Assembly (NCBI GenBank): GCA_034436315.1
Contig: DAOTVR010000059.1
Coordinates: forward strand, 1 to 50,070
Direction of reading: 5' to 3'
DNA: 50,070 bases
Source: Anaerolineae bacterium
GTDB taxonomy: Bacteria; Chloroflexota; Anaerolineae; UBA1429
Part shown: positions 29,080 to 37,792 of the stretch, piece by piece
Numbering within the stretch: position 1 is the first letter of the stretch
How the letters are laid out: every line of letters begins with the position of its first letter
The notes under the pieces: generated by a model
The model's input: only the letters and a program-made list of their open reading frames with translations
Database searches by the model: none
What the model was told of the DNA's origin: nothing
Translations under genes and position numbers: made by a program

Positions 29080-30504
29080 TTAATGTTTCCGCAGGCCAAC
29101 GCCCCATGTCCTTGCCCAAAGGGCCTTTTTGAGCCGCCAGACCAGCCCGGCCCATGGCGGCCCCCCAGGCGCTAACCCCGCGAGTTCACCGAATCCGCCG
29201 CGCTGATCCCAATAGAGCGGACAGGCGCCACAACAGATGTCCCTTATCTTGCAGCGCTGGCATACGGGAGGGACGAACTCCTTGCGGCGCCAATATCGCG
29301 CGGTGCGCGTGTACCACACAGAACGAAAGGGGCGGTGCACCAGGTCGCCAATGCCTCCCTCAAAGCTGGAGCAAGGGAGCAACTGTCCCGAAGGATCGAC
29401 CGAGAGGAGGCCGTCTACGCAAGCGCACGACTTGCTGCCCAGTCCAGCTTGGACGGGGTTAAAGAGGCAATAGGGCAGAGGGGAATACCACACGAAGCGC
29501 AAGCCTTGCTCCTTTGCGCGCGCCTGGACGGAGCGGATCAGTGGGCCGATCTCCGTGTAGCGGATGTCGTCCGCCTCGTGTTTCAAGGCGGTGCCCGTAC
29601 GGATGACCATGTTCATGGAGAAATACTCGGAGCGCAGCTCCTGGGCGATAAAGTCCACCAGCTCCAGCAGATGCTGGCGGTTGCCGCCGCAGATCGTCGT
29701 GTTCGTGTGGGTGTGGATACCCGCTGCGCGCAAGTTCTTTACCCCACGCACGGTTTGCTCCCACGAGCCGGGATGGCGAGTGATCGCGTCGTGCACGGCT
29801 GCCGAGCCCCCCTCCAGGCTCACCTGGGCGGAATCCAGGCCGGCCTCGGCGAGGGCGCGCGCATAGGCAGGGTCGGCGCATTTGAGGCCATTGGTAATCA
29901 GGTTGACGCGCATCCCCTTGGCCTTGGCGTAAGCGATCAGCTCGGGAAGATCTCGGCGCAAAGTGGGCTCCCCGCCGGTGAAAGAGACCGTGGGGCAGCG
30001 GGCCTCATCGAAGATGCGGTCAATGACGATCTTGACCTCGGCCGTGCTCATCTCGGGCACCTGGCGACCACGGTTGGGCGAGTCGGCGTAGCAGAAGGTA
30101 CAACGGTTCTGGCAATCGTACGTTAAGGCGATCTCCGATAACACGGGCAATTCGCGCCGATGGCTGCCATAAGGCGTCTGCCTGATGCTGGGCGCTCCGC
30201 AGACGTTATCGTTGAGCAAGGCGGATACACTGATGAGGAGATTGCGCAGGTCCTCACGCACCCGCGCCTCATCAGCTTGATAGCGCTGGGCCACGAAACG
30301 CACCACAGCCTCAACATCCGGCCCCTTGGAGTTACTGTAGAGCATATCCAGCATCAGGGTGGCCGTCTCGTTCAAGTAGTGCAGCCGATTGGGGCGCAGG
30401 ATGATCAGGCCATCCTCAGGGCGGATGTACACGTACTCCCGCGTGGAGTTCACCAGATCGGTAGCGAACCGCTGTAGATCAAAAGGCTGTGATGCTTCAC
30501 TCAT
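29080..30504 (-). CDS. Radical SAM/SPASM peptide-protein maturase with N-terminal PqqD-like (RRE) domain
   Basis: CX3CX2C motif CQNRCTFC (nt 30091-30114) and GGEPTL. The C-terminal Cys cluster (CAC..PC..CQRC..CCGAC) is typical of SPASM twitch domains. The first ~95 aa resemble PqqD/RRE (YIRPEDGLIILRPNRLHYLNETATLMLDML). Confidence 0.85.
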   Translation of the reverse strand: MSEASQPFDLQRFATDLVNSTREYVYIRPEDGLIILRPNRLHYLNETATLMLDMLYSNSKGPDVEAVVRFVAQRYQADEARVREDLRNLLISVSALLNDNVCGAPSIRQTPYGSHRRELPVLSEIALTYDCQNRCTFCYADSPNRGRQVPEMSTAEVKIVIDRIFDEARCPTVSFTGGEPTLRRDLPELIAYAKAKGMRVNLITNGLKCADPAYARALAEAGLDSAQVSLEGGSAAVHDAITRHPGSWEQTVRGVKNLRAAGIHTHTNTTICGGNRQHLLELVDFIAQELRSEYFSMNMVIRTGTALKHEADDIRYTEIGPLIRSVQARAKEQGLRFVWYSPLPYCLFNPVQAGLGSKSCACVDGLLSVDPSGQLLPCSSFEGGIGDLVHRPFRSVWYTRTARYWRRKEFVPPVCQRCKIRDICCGACPLYWDQRGGFGELAGLAPGGPPWAGLVWRLKKALWARTWGVGLRKH

Positions 30505-30516
30505 GTTTTATCCTGC

Positions 30517-32259
30517 TTAGAAACGGCTCACGCAGGCCGAGTGGCAGGCGCTATGGCAGGCGCTATGGCACACGCAGGCCGAATGACAGGCGCTGTGACA
30601 GGCATCGTGTACACAGGCACTATGGCAAGCGTCGTGTACGCAGGCCGAATGACATGCGCTATGGCAGGCCGAATGGCAGGCGTCGTAGCCGGCCTCGCCG
30701 GGCGCGCTTTTTTCGCCGCCCAAGATGCGGCTCACTCCCTGCTCAATGCGCTGTACCGTGCCGCTGATGGTCTGCTCCACGCCGCGCGTCAGCTCATCGG
30801 CCAAACGCTCCAGGGGCGCGACGGCCTCCTGAGCGGTGCGCACCAAGGGACCGGGCGCTCCGGCGGCCGCGGGAGCCACCCGCCGGCGGTCGCTCAAGAT
30901 GATCCAGGGCAGGTAGTTTGGCATCGGCGCTTGGGGTGGCCGGGTGCGCCAATCTCGCTCATATTCTTCCCAGGCGGTATCAATCCGTCGCCGGTAGGTC
31001 TCCCGCGTGGCTGCCGGATCTGCATTCCACATCTTGGGCTGGACGCTGGCGGCTACTGCAGCGAGGATCGCGGGAATCTTGGTCTTGTCGAGCGTCCCAT
31101 CCTCTTGGATGGCATCCAGCAGGGCCTTTTCATAACTGGCGAGCTGTGCATCGGGCTTGAGCACCTCCATCTGCAAGGGGACGCGATTGACCACGTTGAT
31201 CACACCGCGCTGCTCAAGGGCCAGGACGATAAGGGTGATCGTCTTGGTTGAATCGCCCAGGTAGAAGGCCGCCTCAATGGCGTTCAGGTCGGGCACCACG
31301 CCGGGGGTTTGGAAAGTCTCTATGTCTATCTCGGGTGGCTCATAGGTTGGCTTGGGCTTGCGCGGGCGCGTGGCCAAGACCGTCAGGATCAGGACGGCGA
31401 GGGTGATGGGGATGCCAAAACAGAAGGCTCCTGTGCGCAGCGAACGCCATTCTGAGCTGGTAAAGCCCATGAATCCGGCCGGCTCTGTGGGAGCCGGTGT
31501 GGGCTGTTTCAAGGGGATGGCGGTCTCTTTTGTCGTGGTGATGAACTCACCAGGAATGTAGAACTTGGGCACCATCGTCTGGTTGGCCCGAAGGTTGTCC
31601 TTGCGAACGAAGAGGGAGAGCCAAACCTTGCCCGTCTGTTCATCAGGGGTAGGGAAGTAGACCCAACGATCGAAACGGCTCGTATCTTCTACCAGTAGCC
31701 CGGTGGCGTCAACGATCTCGTCTGTGACCTCCTCGGGCTGGGTGATGTTTGCGGGCAATTCAATGGGCAATACGTAGCGAATCTCTTGACGCACGATGGG
31801 CAGAGCCCACTGGAAAGGTGCCCAGCCGATGGCGCGATAGGGTTTCCCATTGACCGTCGTCTCATCAAAGACGGAGCTATCTACCGTGTAACGCACCAGG
31901 ATCTCGTACTGTCCGCCGTTGCGGGTGGGCTTTTCAAAGTTGACCTGATAGGTCTCTGGCCCGCCTTGCAGGGTCACCGTAAAGACCCCATCGGGGCCTT
32001 TGCCGCTCGCGGAGACGATGGTATGCTCGCGGGGGAAGGGACCTAGCGCGCTGATCTTGCTGCGACCGCTCTCCAGCTCGGTGAAGGTTAAGGTATAGCG
32101 CACGTCTAGGCGCCCATCGTTGAGCACGACCACGTAGGCATCGACCTTATCTATCCTAACGGGGTCGGCCGCTGAGGCAACCAGGGGCAGTATGCCCCAG
32201 GTTACAGCCACGACGGCGATAACCAGAAGCGAGATCCTTACAATGCGATGCATGGTCAT
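30517..32259 (-). CDS. DUF2207-like type-I membrane protein with C-terminal (C-H-S-A)n CXXX-repeat tail
   Basis: ATG at 32259 overlaps the upstream stop (ATGA) and follows GGGAGGG. Signal peptide (LPLVASA/AD), ~250-aa ectodomain starting VRIDKVDAYVVVLNDGRLDVRYTLTF, one TM (aa ~277-297) followed by RPRKPKP and YEPP, then a ~280-aa C-terminal region ending in the Cys/His repeat. Confidence 0.75.
   Translation of the reverse strand: MTMHRIVRISLLVIAVVAVTWGILPLVASAADPVRIDKVDAYVVVLNDGRLDVRYTLTFTELESGRSKISALGPFPREHTIVSASGKGPDGVFTVTLQGGPETYQVNFEKPTRNGGQYEILVRYTVDSSVFDETTVNGKPYRAIGWAPFQWALPIVRQEIRYVLPIELPANITQPEEVTDEIVDATGLLVEDTSRFDRWVYFPTPDEQTGKVWLSLFVRKDNLRANQTMVPKFYIPGEFITTTKETAIPLKQPTPAPTEPAGFMGFTSSEWRSLRTGAFCFGIPITLAVLILTVLATRPRKPKPTYEPPEIDIETFQTPGVVPDLNAIEAAFYLGDSTKTITLIVLALEQRGVINVVNRVPLQMEVLKPDAQLASYEKALLDAIQEDGTLDKTKIPAILAAVAASVQPKMWNADPAATRETYRRRIDTAWEEYERDWRTRPPQAPMPNYLPWIILSDRRRVAPAAAGAPGPLVRTAQEAVAPLERLADELTRGVEQTISGTVQRIEQGVSRILGGEKSAPGEAGYDACHSACHSACHSACVHDACHSACVHDACHSACHSACVCHSACHSACHSACVSRF
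30520..30678 (-). repeat. Coding tandem periodicity (12-nt / 4-codon units) encoding ACHS ACHS ACHS ACVHD ACHS ACVHD ACHS ACHS ACV CHSA CHSA CHSA CVSRF
   Basis: Direct translation of the minus strand. The units use synonymous alternatives: Cys TGC/TGT, Ser TCG/AGC/AGT, His CAC/CAT, Ala GCC/GCT/GCA. Confidence 0.9.
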
Positions 32260-33011
32260 TCCCTCCCTGCGCCAAACAGGGCTTGACGCGCAACGAGATA
32301 GGCAAAGCGGGGCAGGGCTAACATCCGCCGCCAGCGCCGGGGTTGGTGCAACAGGCGGTGTAGCCATTCCAGCCCCATTTTGCGCATCCACCGGGGGGCG
32401 CGAACCGCGACCCCGGCGATAAAGTCCAACGTCCCCCCAACTCCCATACATACCGGCACCCCCAGCCGAGACAGGTTGCGATGGATCCACAAGTCTTGCC
32501 GAGGTGCCCCATAGGCTACGAACAAAAAGTCGGGCGATGCCTCGCGGATGCGGGCAATGATCCCTTCCTCTTCGGCAGGATCCGGAGACCCTGCGTAGGT
32601 CCCGACGATCTGCACTCCCGGATACTTCCGCCTCAGGGCCTCGGCAGCCTTTTCTGCCACACCGGGCGCTGCTCCTAACAAGTATAACCGATAACCCCGT
32701 CGTGCGCTCATCTCAGCGATCAAGGGCACGGTATCCGAGCCCGTCACCCTTTCAGGCAGCGGTTGGCCCAGCAATCGCGCGGCCCATAGCAAGCCGACCC
32801 CGTCGGGCAAAGCTAAATCGGCCTCTTCCAATGTTACGCGAAACTCGGGATTGCGTTGCGCTTCCATCACGAATTCGGGGTTAAGGGTGACGATCTGATG
32901 AGGGCGGCCCTCGGCGATAAAGCGTTCCATCGCCCCCAACGCCTGCTCGGTCGTCACCTTGTCCACCCTGACGCCCAGGATGCGCACCGACCCAAAGCGT
33001 ACGTCACCCAC
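32256..33011 (-). CDS. WecB/TagA/CpsF family glycosyltransferase (GT26)
   Basis: ILGVRVDKVT...IVTLNPEFVMEA...LALPDGVGLLWAA...YGAPRQDLW...GVGGTLDF matches the family pattern. The GTG start overlaps the upstream gene by 8 nt. Confidence 0.9.
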   Translation of the reverse strand: MGDVRFGSVRILGVRVDKVTTEQALGAMERFIAEGRPHQIVTLNPEFVMEAQRNPEFRVTLEEADLALPDGVGLLWAARLLGQPLPERVTGSDTVPLIAEMSARRGYRLYLLGAAPGVAEKAAEALRRKYPGVQIVGTYAGSPDPAEEEGIIARIREASPDFLFVAYGAPRQDLWIHRNLSRLGVPVCMGVGGTLDFIAGVAVRAPRWMRKMGLEWLHRLLHQPRRWRRMLALPRFAYLVARQALFGAGRE

Positions 33012-34125
33012 CGCTACCGACGGCCTCTATCGCTGCGAGAACTTGGCGAGCGCAGCGTTGCCATGTGAAGGCCCGCGCGCGCTCACGACCTCGGGCGATC
33101 AATTCTTGCCGCAAGCCGTGATCTGTATAGACCCGTCGCATGGCCTCGGCTAAAGCCGACGCATCCGCCGGATTGACAAGCAGTGCGGCCTCACCGGCTA
33201 CTTCGGGTAGAGAGGATACGTTAGAGCAGATCACCGGCGTATCACAGGACATGGCCTCCAATACGGGCAGGCCAAAGCCCTCATACCAACTGGGCAACAC
33301 GTAGGCCAAGGCCCCGCTTAAAAGGGCAGGGAGATCCTCTTGAGCGACATATCCGGTGAATACCACGCGCTCTTGGATAGCCAATTTGTGAGCCATCTCT
33401 AGGATCTCTTTATACAACCATCCTCGTTTGCCTGCAAGCACGAGGCGCACATCATCCTCTATGGCTCGTTTAGCTATGAGGAGGGCAAAGGCCCGGATGA
33501 GCGTCGTCAGGTTCTTGCGGGGCTGCAGCGTGCCCACGTAAAGGAAGTAACGCTGCCCCGTGCCGTACTTGAGGCGCGCGGCTTCCAGGGCCTTGGGATC
33601 TGTCACCGGGGCAAAGCCCTCGGCGCCGGCGGGGTAGGCCAGGATGATCTTGGCCGGATCTAGGCCGTAGTATGAGATCAGGTCGGTTGCTGTCGCCTGC
33701 GAATCCACGATGACCCGGGCCGAGGCACGGGCGTTAAAGCGCGTGGCCCAATCTAGGTACCAGCGGGCCCAACGGGTATGAGCTTGGGGATAGTGAAGAT
33801 AGCCTAGGTCGTGGACCGTGGCTAAACAGCGCTTGGGATGGAAGAGCGGCAACACATGTGCCGGGACATAGAGGACATCCGGTGGGTGTAGGGTCACCTC
33901 CCAGGCCAGCCGCACATGCGTCCAGAGCCTCGGGAAGGGGATGATCCGCCAGCTCACGCGTTCGTCGCGCACAAACAGGCCCTCGGGCGGGGCTTGGTTG
34001 AAGTAGAGGCGAAAGCGATGGGAACGGCCCTCTTGAATCAGGGCCCGGATCAGGTACAGTGAGTAGTGTTCTGTGCCCGTGCGTTGGGCTGCTACGGCCC
34101 GGCTGGCGTCAATGCCGATGAGCAT
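33004..34125 (-). CDS. Glycosyltransferase family 4 (GT-B)
   Basis: MLIGIDAS N-terminus (ATG 1 nt after the MVK stop; the track ORF extends to a TTG at 34137). EGFGLPVLEAMSCDTPVICSNVSSLPEV is the GT4 signature. Confidence 0.88.
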   Translation of the reverse strand: MLIGIDASRAVAAQRTGTEHYSLYLIRALIQEGRSHRFRLYFNQAPPEGLFVRDERVSWRIIPFPRLWTHVRLAWEVTLHPPDVLYVPAHVLPLFHPKRCLATVHDLGYLHYPQAHTRWARWYLDWATRFNARASARVIVDSQATATDLISYYGLDPAKIILAYPAGAEGFAPVTDPKALEAARLKYGTGQRYFLYVGTLQPRKNLTTLIRAFALLIAKRAIEDDVRLVLAGKRGWLYKEILEMAHKLAIQERVVFTGYVAQEDLPALLSGALAYVLPSWYEGFGLPVLEAMSCDTPVICSNVSSLPEVAGEAALLVNPADASALAEAMRRVYTDHGLRQELIARGRERARAFTWQRCARQVLAAIEAVGSGG

Positions 34126-34126
34126 C

Positions 34127-35071
34127 TTAACGGACAACCGTCTTGATCAGGGCCTGAGCCCCCGCAGCGCGAAGCGCGGAGGCCACCTCATCTTGAGTCT
34201 GCTCATCTACGAGGGCGATAAGGCAGCCCCCTCGGCCACTGCCGGAAAGCTTGGCGCCCTTGGCACCGGTATCCAGGGCCGCGAGGTAAAGTGTCTCTAG
34301 CTCCCGACACGATACCCCTAGCTCGCGTAGGAGGCCGTGGTTACGGTTCATAAGCTGCCCCAATTCTCGGAGCTTGCCCTCAGCAATGGCCTGCTTTCCG
34401 CTCTCTACGGTGGCCCCGATCTCGTCAAATAGGGCCTCGTAGCGCGGCCGGTCGGCCAGCCAAGCGCGGCGCACGTCCTCAACAGCCGCGCGGGTCTTGG
34501 AGGGGATGCCGGTATCGGCGATCAAGAGAGTAAACGGTTTCCCCACCCAGAAGATGTCCGCCCGCTGTCCCTTGACAAAATAAACCGGCTTCTCAAAGGC
34601 GATCACCGTGTTATCAATGCCGCTAGGGGTGCCATGGAAGATGGCCTCCGTCTGGTAGACCAGGTCGGATACCGCTCGGGCGGTGAGGTGGCGACCGTAG
34701 TGTTCCGCGAGCGCGCGCACCAGGGCCGTGGCGACGGCTGCGCCGCTGCCCATGCCCCTGGCAATGGGGATCTGGGAACGCACCACGATGCGCAACGCCT
34801 GGTCTTCGGAGATACCCAGGTATTGTAACGTGTTACGGACGGTCGTCTGAAGGGCGCGCGCTGCGTCGGACTCGTAATCCTCGTCCAGGCGGTAACTCTG
34901 GCCGATATCCTCGGCCACGATGATCACCCCGCTACCGGGGCTTTGGGAGGTGATCTCCACGGTGGCGCGCAGGTCGCTCACGGGTACGGCGATGGCTGGC
35001 CGGCCATAGACGACCGCATGCTCACCCAGGAGGATCACCTTGCCCGCAGCGGAACTCAAGGTGGAGCTCAT
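34127..35071 (-). CDS. mvk: Mevalonate kinase
   Basis: GHMP kinase motifs: GKVILLGEHAVVYGRPAIAVPV, PIARGMGSGAAVATALVRAL, KLSGSGRGGC. Confidence 0.92.
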   Translation of the reverse strand: MSSTLSSAAGKVILLGEHAVVYGRPAIAVPVSDLRATVEITSQSPGSGVIIVAEDIGQSYRLDEDYESDAARALQTTVRNTLQYLGISEDQALRIVVRSQIPIARGMGSGAAVATALVRALAEHYGRHLTARAVSDLVYQTEAIFHGTPSGIDNTVIAFEKPVYFVKGQRADIFWVGKPFTLLIADTGIPSKTRAAVEDVRRAWLADRPRYEALFDEIGATVESGKQAIAEGKLRELGQLMNRNHGLLRELGVSCRELETLYLAALDTGAKGAKLSGSGRGGCLIALVDEQTQDEVASALRAAGAQALIKTVVR

Positions 35072-35487
35072 CGTGACAGTGAAACGGCCGCTTTCTGGAG
35101 CAAGGGGCGGAATTTGTAATTGTAGAGGATGATCCCATCATCCCCTTCCTCGCGTATCTTGCGCGTGACCATCTCTACGGGCATGCCGATGTATACCTCG
35201 TCCTGCTCCACATCGGTGAGTTGAGCTGTTATCAGCGGTCCCTCCTCAAGCTTGATCAGGGCCACCACATAGGGGGCATATTTCTCAAAGCCTTTAGGGG
35301 CCGCGTACAGGGTGGAAAAGGAATAGACCACCCCCTTGCCGCTAAAGGTGAAGGGTTCCCTGGCCGGCCCGCTGCATTTGGGGCAGACGTCACGGGGCGG
35401 AAAGAGCTTGGCCCCGCAGTGGGGGCAGATCTCTCCGACCAGGCTCATGCGTTGCTTGCTCGTGCGCCAATAAGCTGCCAAACTCAT
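35068..35487 (-). CDS. DUF35 Zn-ribbon/OB-fold protein (scaffold subunit of archaeal-type thiolase-HMGCS complex)
   Basis: CPHCGAKLFPPRDVCPKCSG zinc ribbon followed by an OB-fold-like C-terminus. It sits between the thiolase and mvk and overlaps the mvk start by 4 nt. Confidence 0.85.
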   Translation of the reverse strand: MSLAAYWRTSKQRMSLVGEICPHCGAKLFPPRDVCPKCSGPAREPFTFSGKGVVYSFSTLYAAPKGFEKYAPYVVALIKLEEGPLITAQLTDVEQDEVYIGMPVEMVTRKIREEGDDGIILYNYKFRPLLQKAAVSLSR

Positions 35488-35512
35488 AGCGTATCTCTCC
35501 CTCTAGATCCGT

Positions 35513-36670
35513 TCATTCTATTCGCTCCAAGATATGTGTGACCACGATGGCCCCACTGCCACCGATGTTCTGCGTCATCCCAATGCGACAGCCCTGAAGC
35601 TGATTGGCCCCCGCTTGGCCCCTCAGTTGCTGTACGGCCTCAACCACTTGATAGATACCCGTCGCCCCTACGGGGTGCCCGCGCGCCTTCAACCCGCCCA
35701 TCGTGCAGATGGGGACGCGCCCCTCTAAGGTGATCTGGCCCTCCAAAGCGAGGCGCACCCCCTCGCCGCGCGCCGCAAAGCCCGCGGCCTCCAACGATAG
35801 GGCGGCCATGATGGTAAAGGCGTCATGGAGCTCAAAGAAATCAATATCGTTCGGCCCTATGCCGGCTTGGGCATAGGCTCGCCAGGCCGAATCCCTGGCC
35901 GCTTGCAGGGTTAGCGGGTCCTCGCGATCATGCAGCGCCACGGAATCGGTAGCTATAACAGAGGCCGCGATGCGCACCGGTACAAGGCCCTGGGCGCGGG
36001 CGAACTCGGTTGAGGCCACCACCACTGCCGCTGCGCCATCGGCGATCCCCGACGAATCCAGCAGGCTCACCGGATCGGCGATCATCCTGGCGCGCATAAA
36101 GGCTTCCAAGCTGATCGGCTTGCGAAACATGGCATTGGGGTTATTGACCGCGTTGCGATGGGCGTTCAGGGCAAAGCCGGCAAAGTCCTCCCGCTTATAG
36201 CCGAATTCGTGCATATAGCGGCGCATCAGCAAGGCGTTCAAGGCCACGAACGACAAGCCGTGTTCCGCTTCATAGGTGGCGTCCGCCGCCGAGGCCAAGG
36301 CCGTCGTGGTCTCCTCGGAAGTGGTATCCGTCATCTTTTCCACGCCGCAGGCCACGACGATATCGTGTATACCGCCTGCAACGGCCATATAGGCCAGGTG
36401 CAGGGCGACGGCCCCAGAGGCACAGGCTGCCTCAACCTTGAGGGCTTCTATGCCCCGCAAGCCGGCGTAATCGGCGATCAGCGCGCCCACGTTCTCCTGT
36501 CGCGATAGCTGTCCCGAGAGCATGTTCCCCACGTACAAGGCGTCCGGACGCTTGACATGGGCGTCTTCCAAAGCCGCACGTACTGCTTCAGTACTCAAGT
36601 CTCGTAGGGATCTTTCCCAGTGTTCCCCTACGGGCGTTTGCCCGATGCCGATGATGCTAACGTCTCTCAC
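35513..36670 (-). CDS. Acetyl-CoA acetyltransferase (archaeal/SCP-x-type thiolase)
   Basis: MRDVSIIGIGQTPVGEHW, active-site region VEAACASGA, C-terminal NIGGSGA. GTG start. Confidence 0.9.
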   Translation of the reverse strand: MRDVSIIGIGQTPVGEHWERSLRDLSTEAVRAALEDAHVKRPDALYVGNMLSGQLSRQENVGALIADYAGLRGIEALKVEAACASGAVALHLAYMAVAGGIHDIVVACGVEKMTDTTSEETTTALASAADATYEAEHGLSFVALNALLMRRYMHEFGYKREDFAGFALNAHRNAVNNPNAMFRKPISLEAFMRARMIADPVSLLDSSGIADGAAAVVVASTEFARAQGLVPVRIAASVIATDSVALHDREDPLTLQAARDSAWRAYAQAGIGPNDIDFFELHDAFTIMAALSLEAAGFAARGEGVRLALEGQITLEGRVPICTMGGLKARGHPVGATGIYQVVEAVQQLRGQAGANQLQGCRIGMTQNIGGSGAIVVTHILERIE

Positions 36671-36706
36671 TCGCTCAGCGAACCTTCCAAGGCAAGTTGT
36701 CCTGCA

Positions 36707-37792
36707 CTAGTGCAGGTGCAGTTTCTCGCGATAGCGCACGTAAAGGCCATAGTCGATCTCGTGGCGGCGGGCGATGTAATCCCGTGTTAAAGGAGCCAAT
36801 TGGCGGCACGCCTTCAGACGTTCTGTGATGAGCCAGGAGAAGGCATCGCTCCCGGCGCCCGATCCGAAGGATACCTGAAGCACGCGCTGCCCTGGCTCGG
36901 CTATATCCAGTATGGCGCTGAAGCCGATCATGGAGGATCCGGCGTAGGTGTTACCGATCTCGTTGACCAGCAGCCCTGGGGCGATCTGTTCGCGGCTGAA
37001 GCCGAGCTCGGCGGCCAGGCGCAGTGGAAAACGGACGTTGGGCTGATGAAAAACGGCCCAGTCAAAATCGGCGGGCGTGTATCCCAGGGCTTTCATCAAG
37101 TGTTCCGCCGCGGCAATGGAATGTCGGAAATAGGCCGGCTCGCCGGTGAAGCGACCTCCATGACGCGGGTAACGTTGTTGCGGGCGCCGCCAAAAGTCGG
37201 GCGTATCGGTGACGAAAGAATAGGAGGCCTCCAGGCGGGCGATGCTCTGCTCTCCTGGACCGAGGATATATGCCGCACCTCCGGCGGCGGCGGTGTATTC
37301 CAGGTCATCCCCCGGCCGGCCCTGGGCCGTATCCATGCCGATGGCCATGGCGTAGTTGGCCATGCCCGAGCCGACCAAGGCGATGGCGGCCTGCATCGCC
37401 TCGGTGCCCGCCTTGCAGGCGAATTCCCAATCGGCTCCTTGGGCCTCAGGTCCAACGCCGATGGCCTCGGCGACGATGGCCGAAGTGGGCTTGACGGCGT
37501 AAGGATGCGATTCACTGCCCACCCAGACGGCACGGATCTCCTGAGGGTTAATCCCGGCGCGGGCCAGGGCATTGCGCGCGGCTTCAATGGACATGGTGAC
37601 TGTGTCTTCGTCAAGGCCGGGCACGGCCTTCTCCGAGAGCGGCAAATCGTCCTCGCCGCCATGCCAGATGCGGCTGATCTCCCGGGCGGGCAAGCGATAG
37701 CGAGGCACGTAGGCCCCATAGCCCACGATGCCCACCTCGCGGATGGGCTTCATGACGGTCTGAGTTGCGCCTTTCTGCAAACTAGTTTGCAT
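36707..37792 (-). CDS. Hydroxymethylglutaryl-CoA synthase, archaeal type
   Basis: [27 protein letters not shown] and [13 protein letters not shown] at 37792 has GGAG 6 nt upstream and overlaps the HMGR stop by 11 nt. The track ORF extends to 37855. Confidence 0.88.
   Translation of the reverse strand: MQTSLQKGATQTVMKPIREVGIVGYGAYVPRYRLPAREISRIWHGGEDDLPLSEKAVPGLDEDTVTMSIEAARNALARAGINPQEIRAVWVGSESHPYAVKPTSAIVAEAIGVGPEAQGADWEFACKAGTEAMQAAIALVGSGMANYAMAIGMDTAQGRPGDDLEYTAAAGGAAYILGPGEQSIARLEASYSFVTDTPDFWRRPQQRYPRHGGRFTGEPAYFRHSIAAAEHLMKALGYTPADFDWAVFHQPNVRFPLRLAAELGFSREQIAPGLLVNEIGNTYAGSSMIGFSAILDIAEPGQRVLQVSFGSGAGSDAFSWLITERLKACRQLAPLTRDYIARRHEIDYGLYVRYREKLHLH

Noticed and set aside
29080-30504. 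Reading the rSAM/SPASM enzyme as an anaerobic sulfatase maturase (anSME)
   Set aside because: There is no sulfatase gene nearby. The tail lacks the C/S-x-P/A-x-R motif, and the enzyme carries a PqqD/RRE-like N-terminal extension that anSMEs lack.
30520-30690. Short-period DNA repeats that could be mistaken for a mini CRISPR or VNTR
   Set aside because: The period is 12 nt with no spacers. The repeats lie in frame inside a long ORF, and the variation between units is synonymous. This is a coding peptide repeat.
30489-31251. Plus-strand ORFs (92 aa, Arg-rich RRYGRRYG...; 236 aa) lying antisense to the CXXX-repeat tail
   Set aside because: They are mirror images of the repeat and of a well-supported minus-strand gene. 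They have extreme Arg/Gly composition, no Shine-Dalgarno site and no recognisable fold.
36701-36716. Palindrome CCTGCACTAGTGCAGG at the HMGCS stop codon
   Set aside because: It is short (7-bp arms) and lies within and at the end of the coding sequence (encodes LHLH-stop). No T-tract follows. It is probably incidental.
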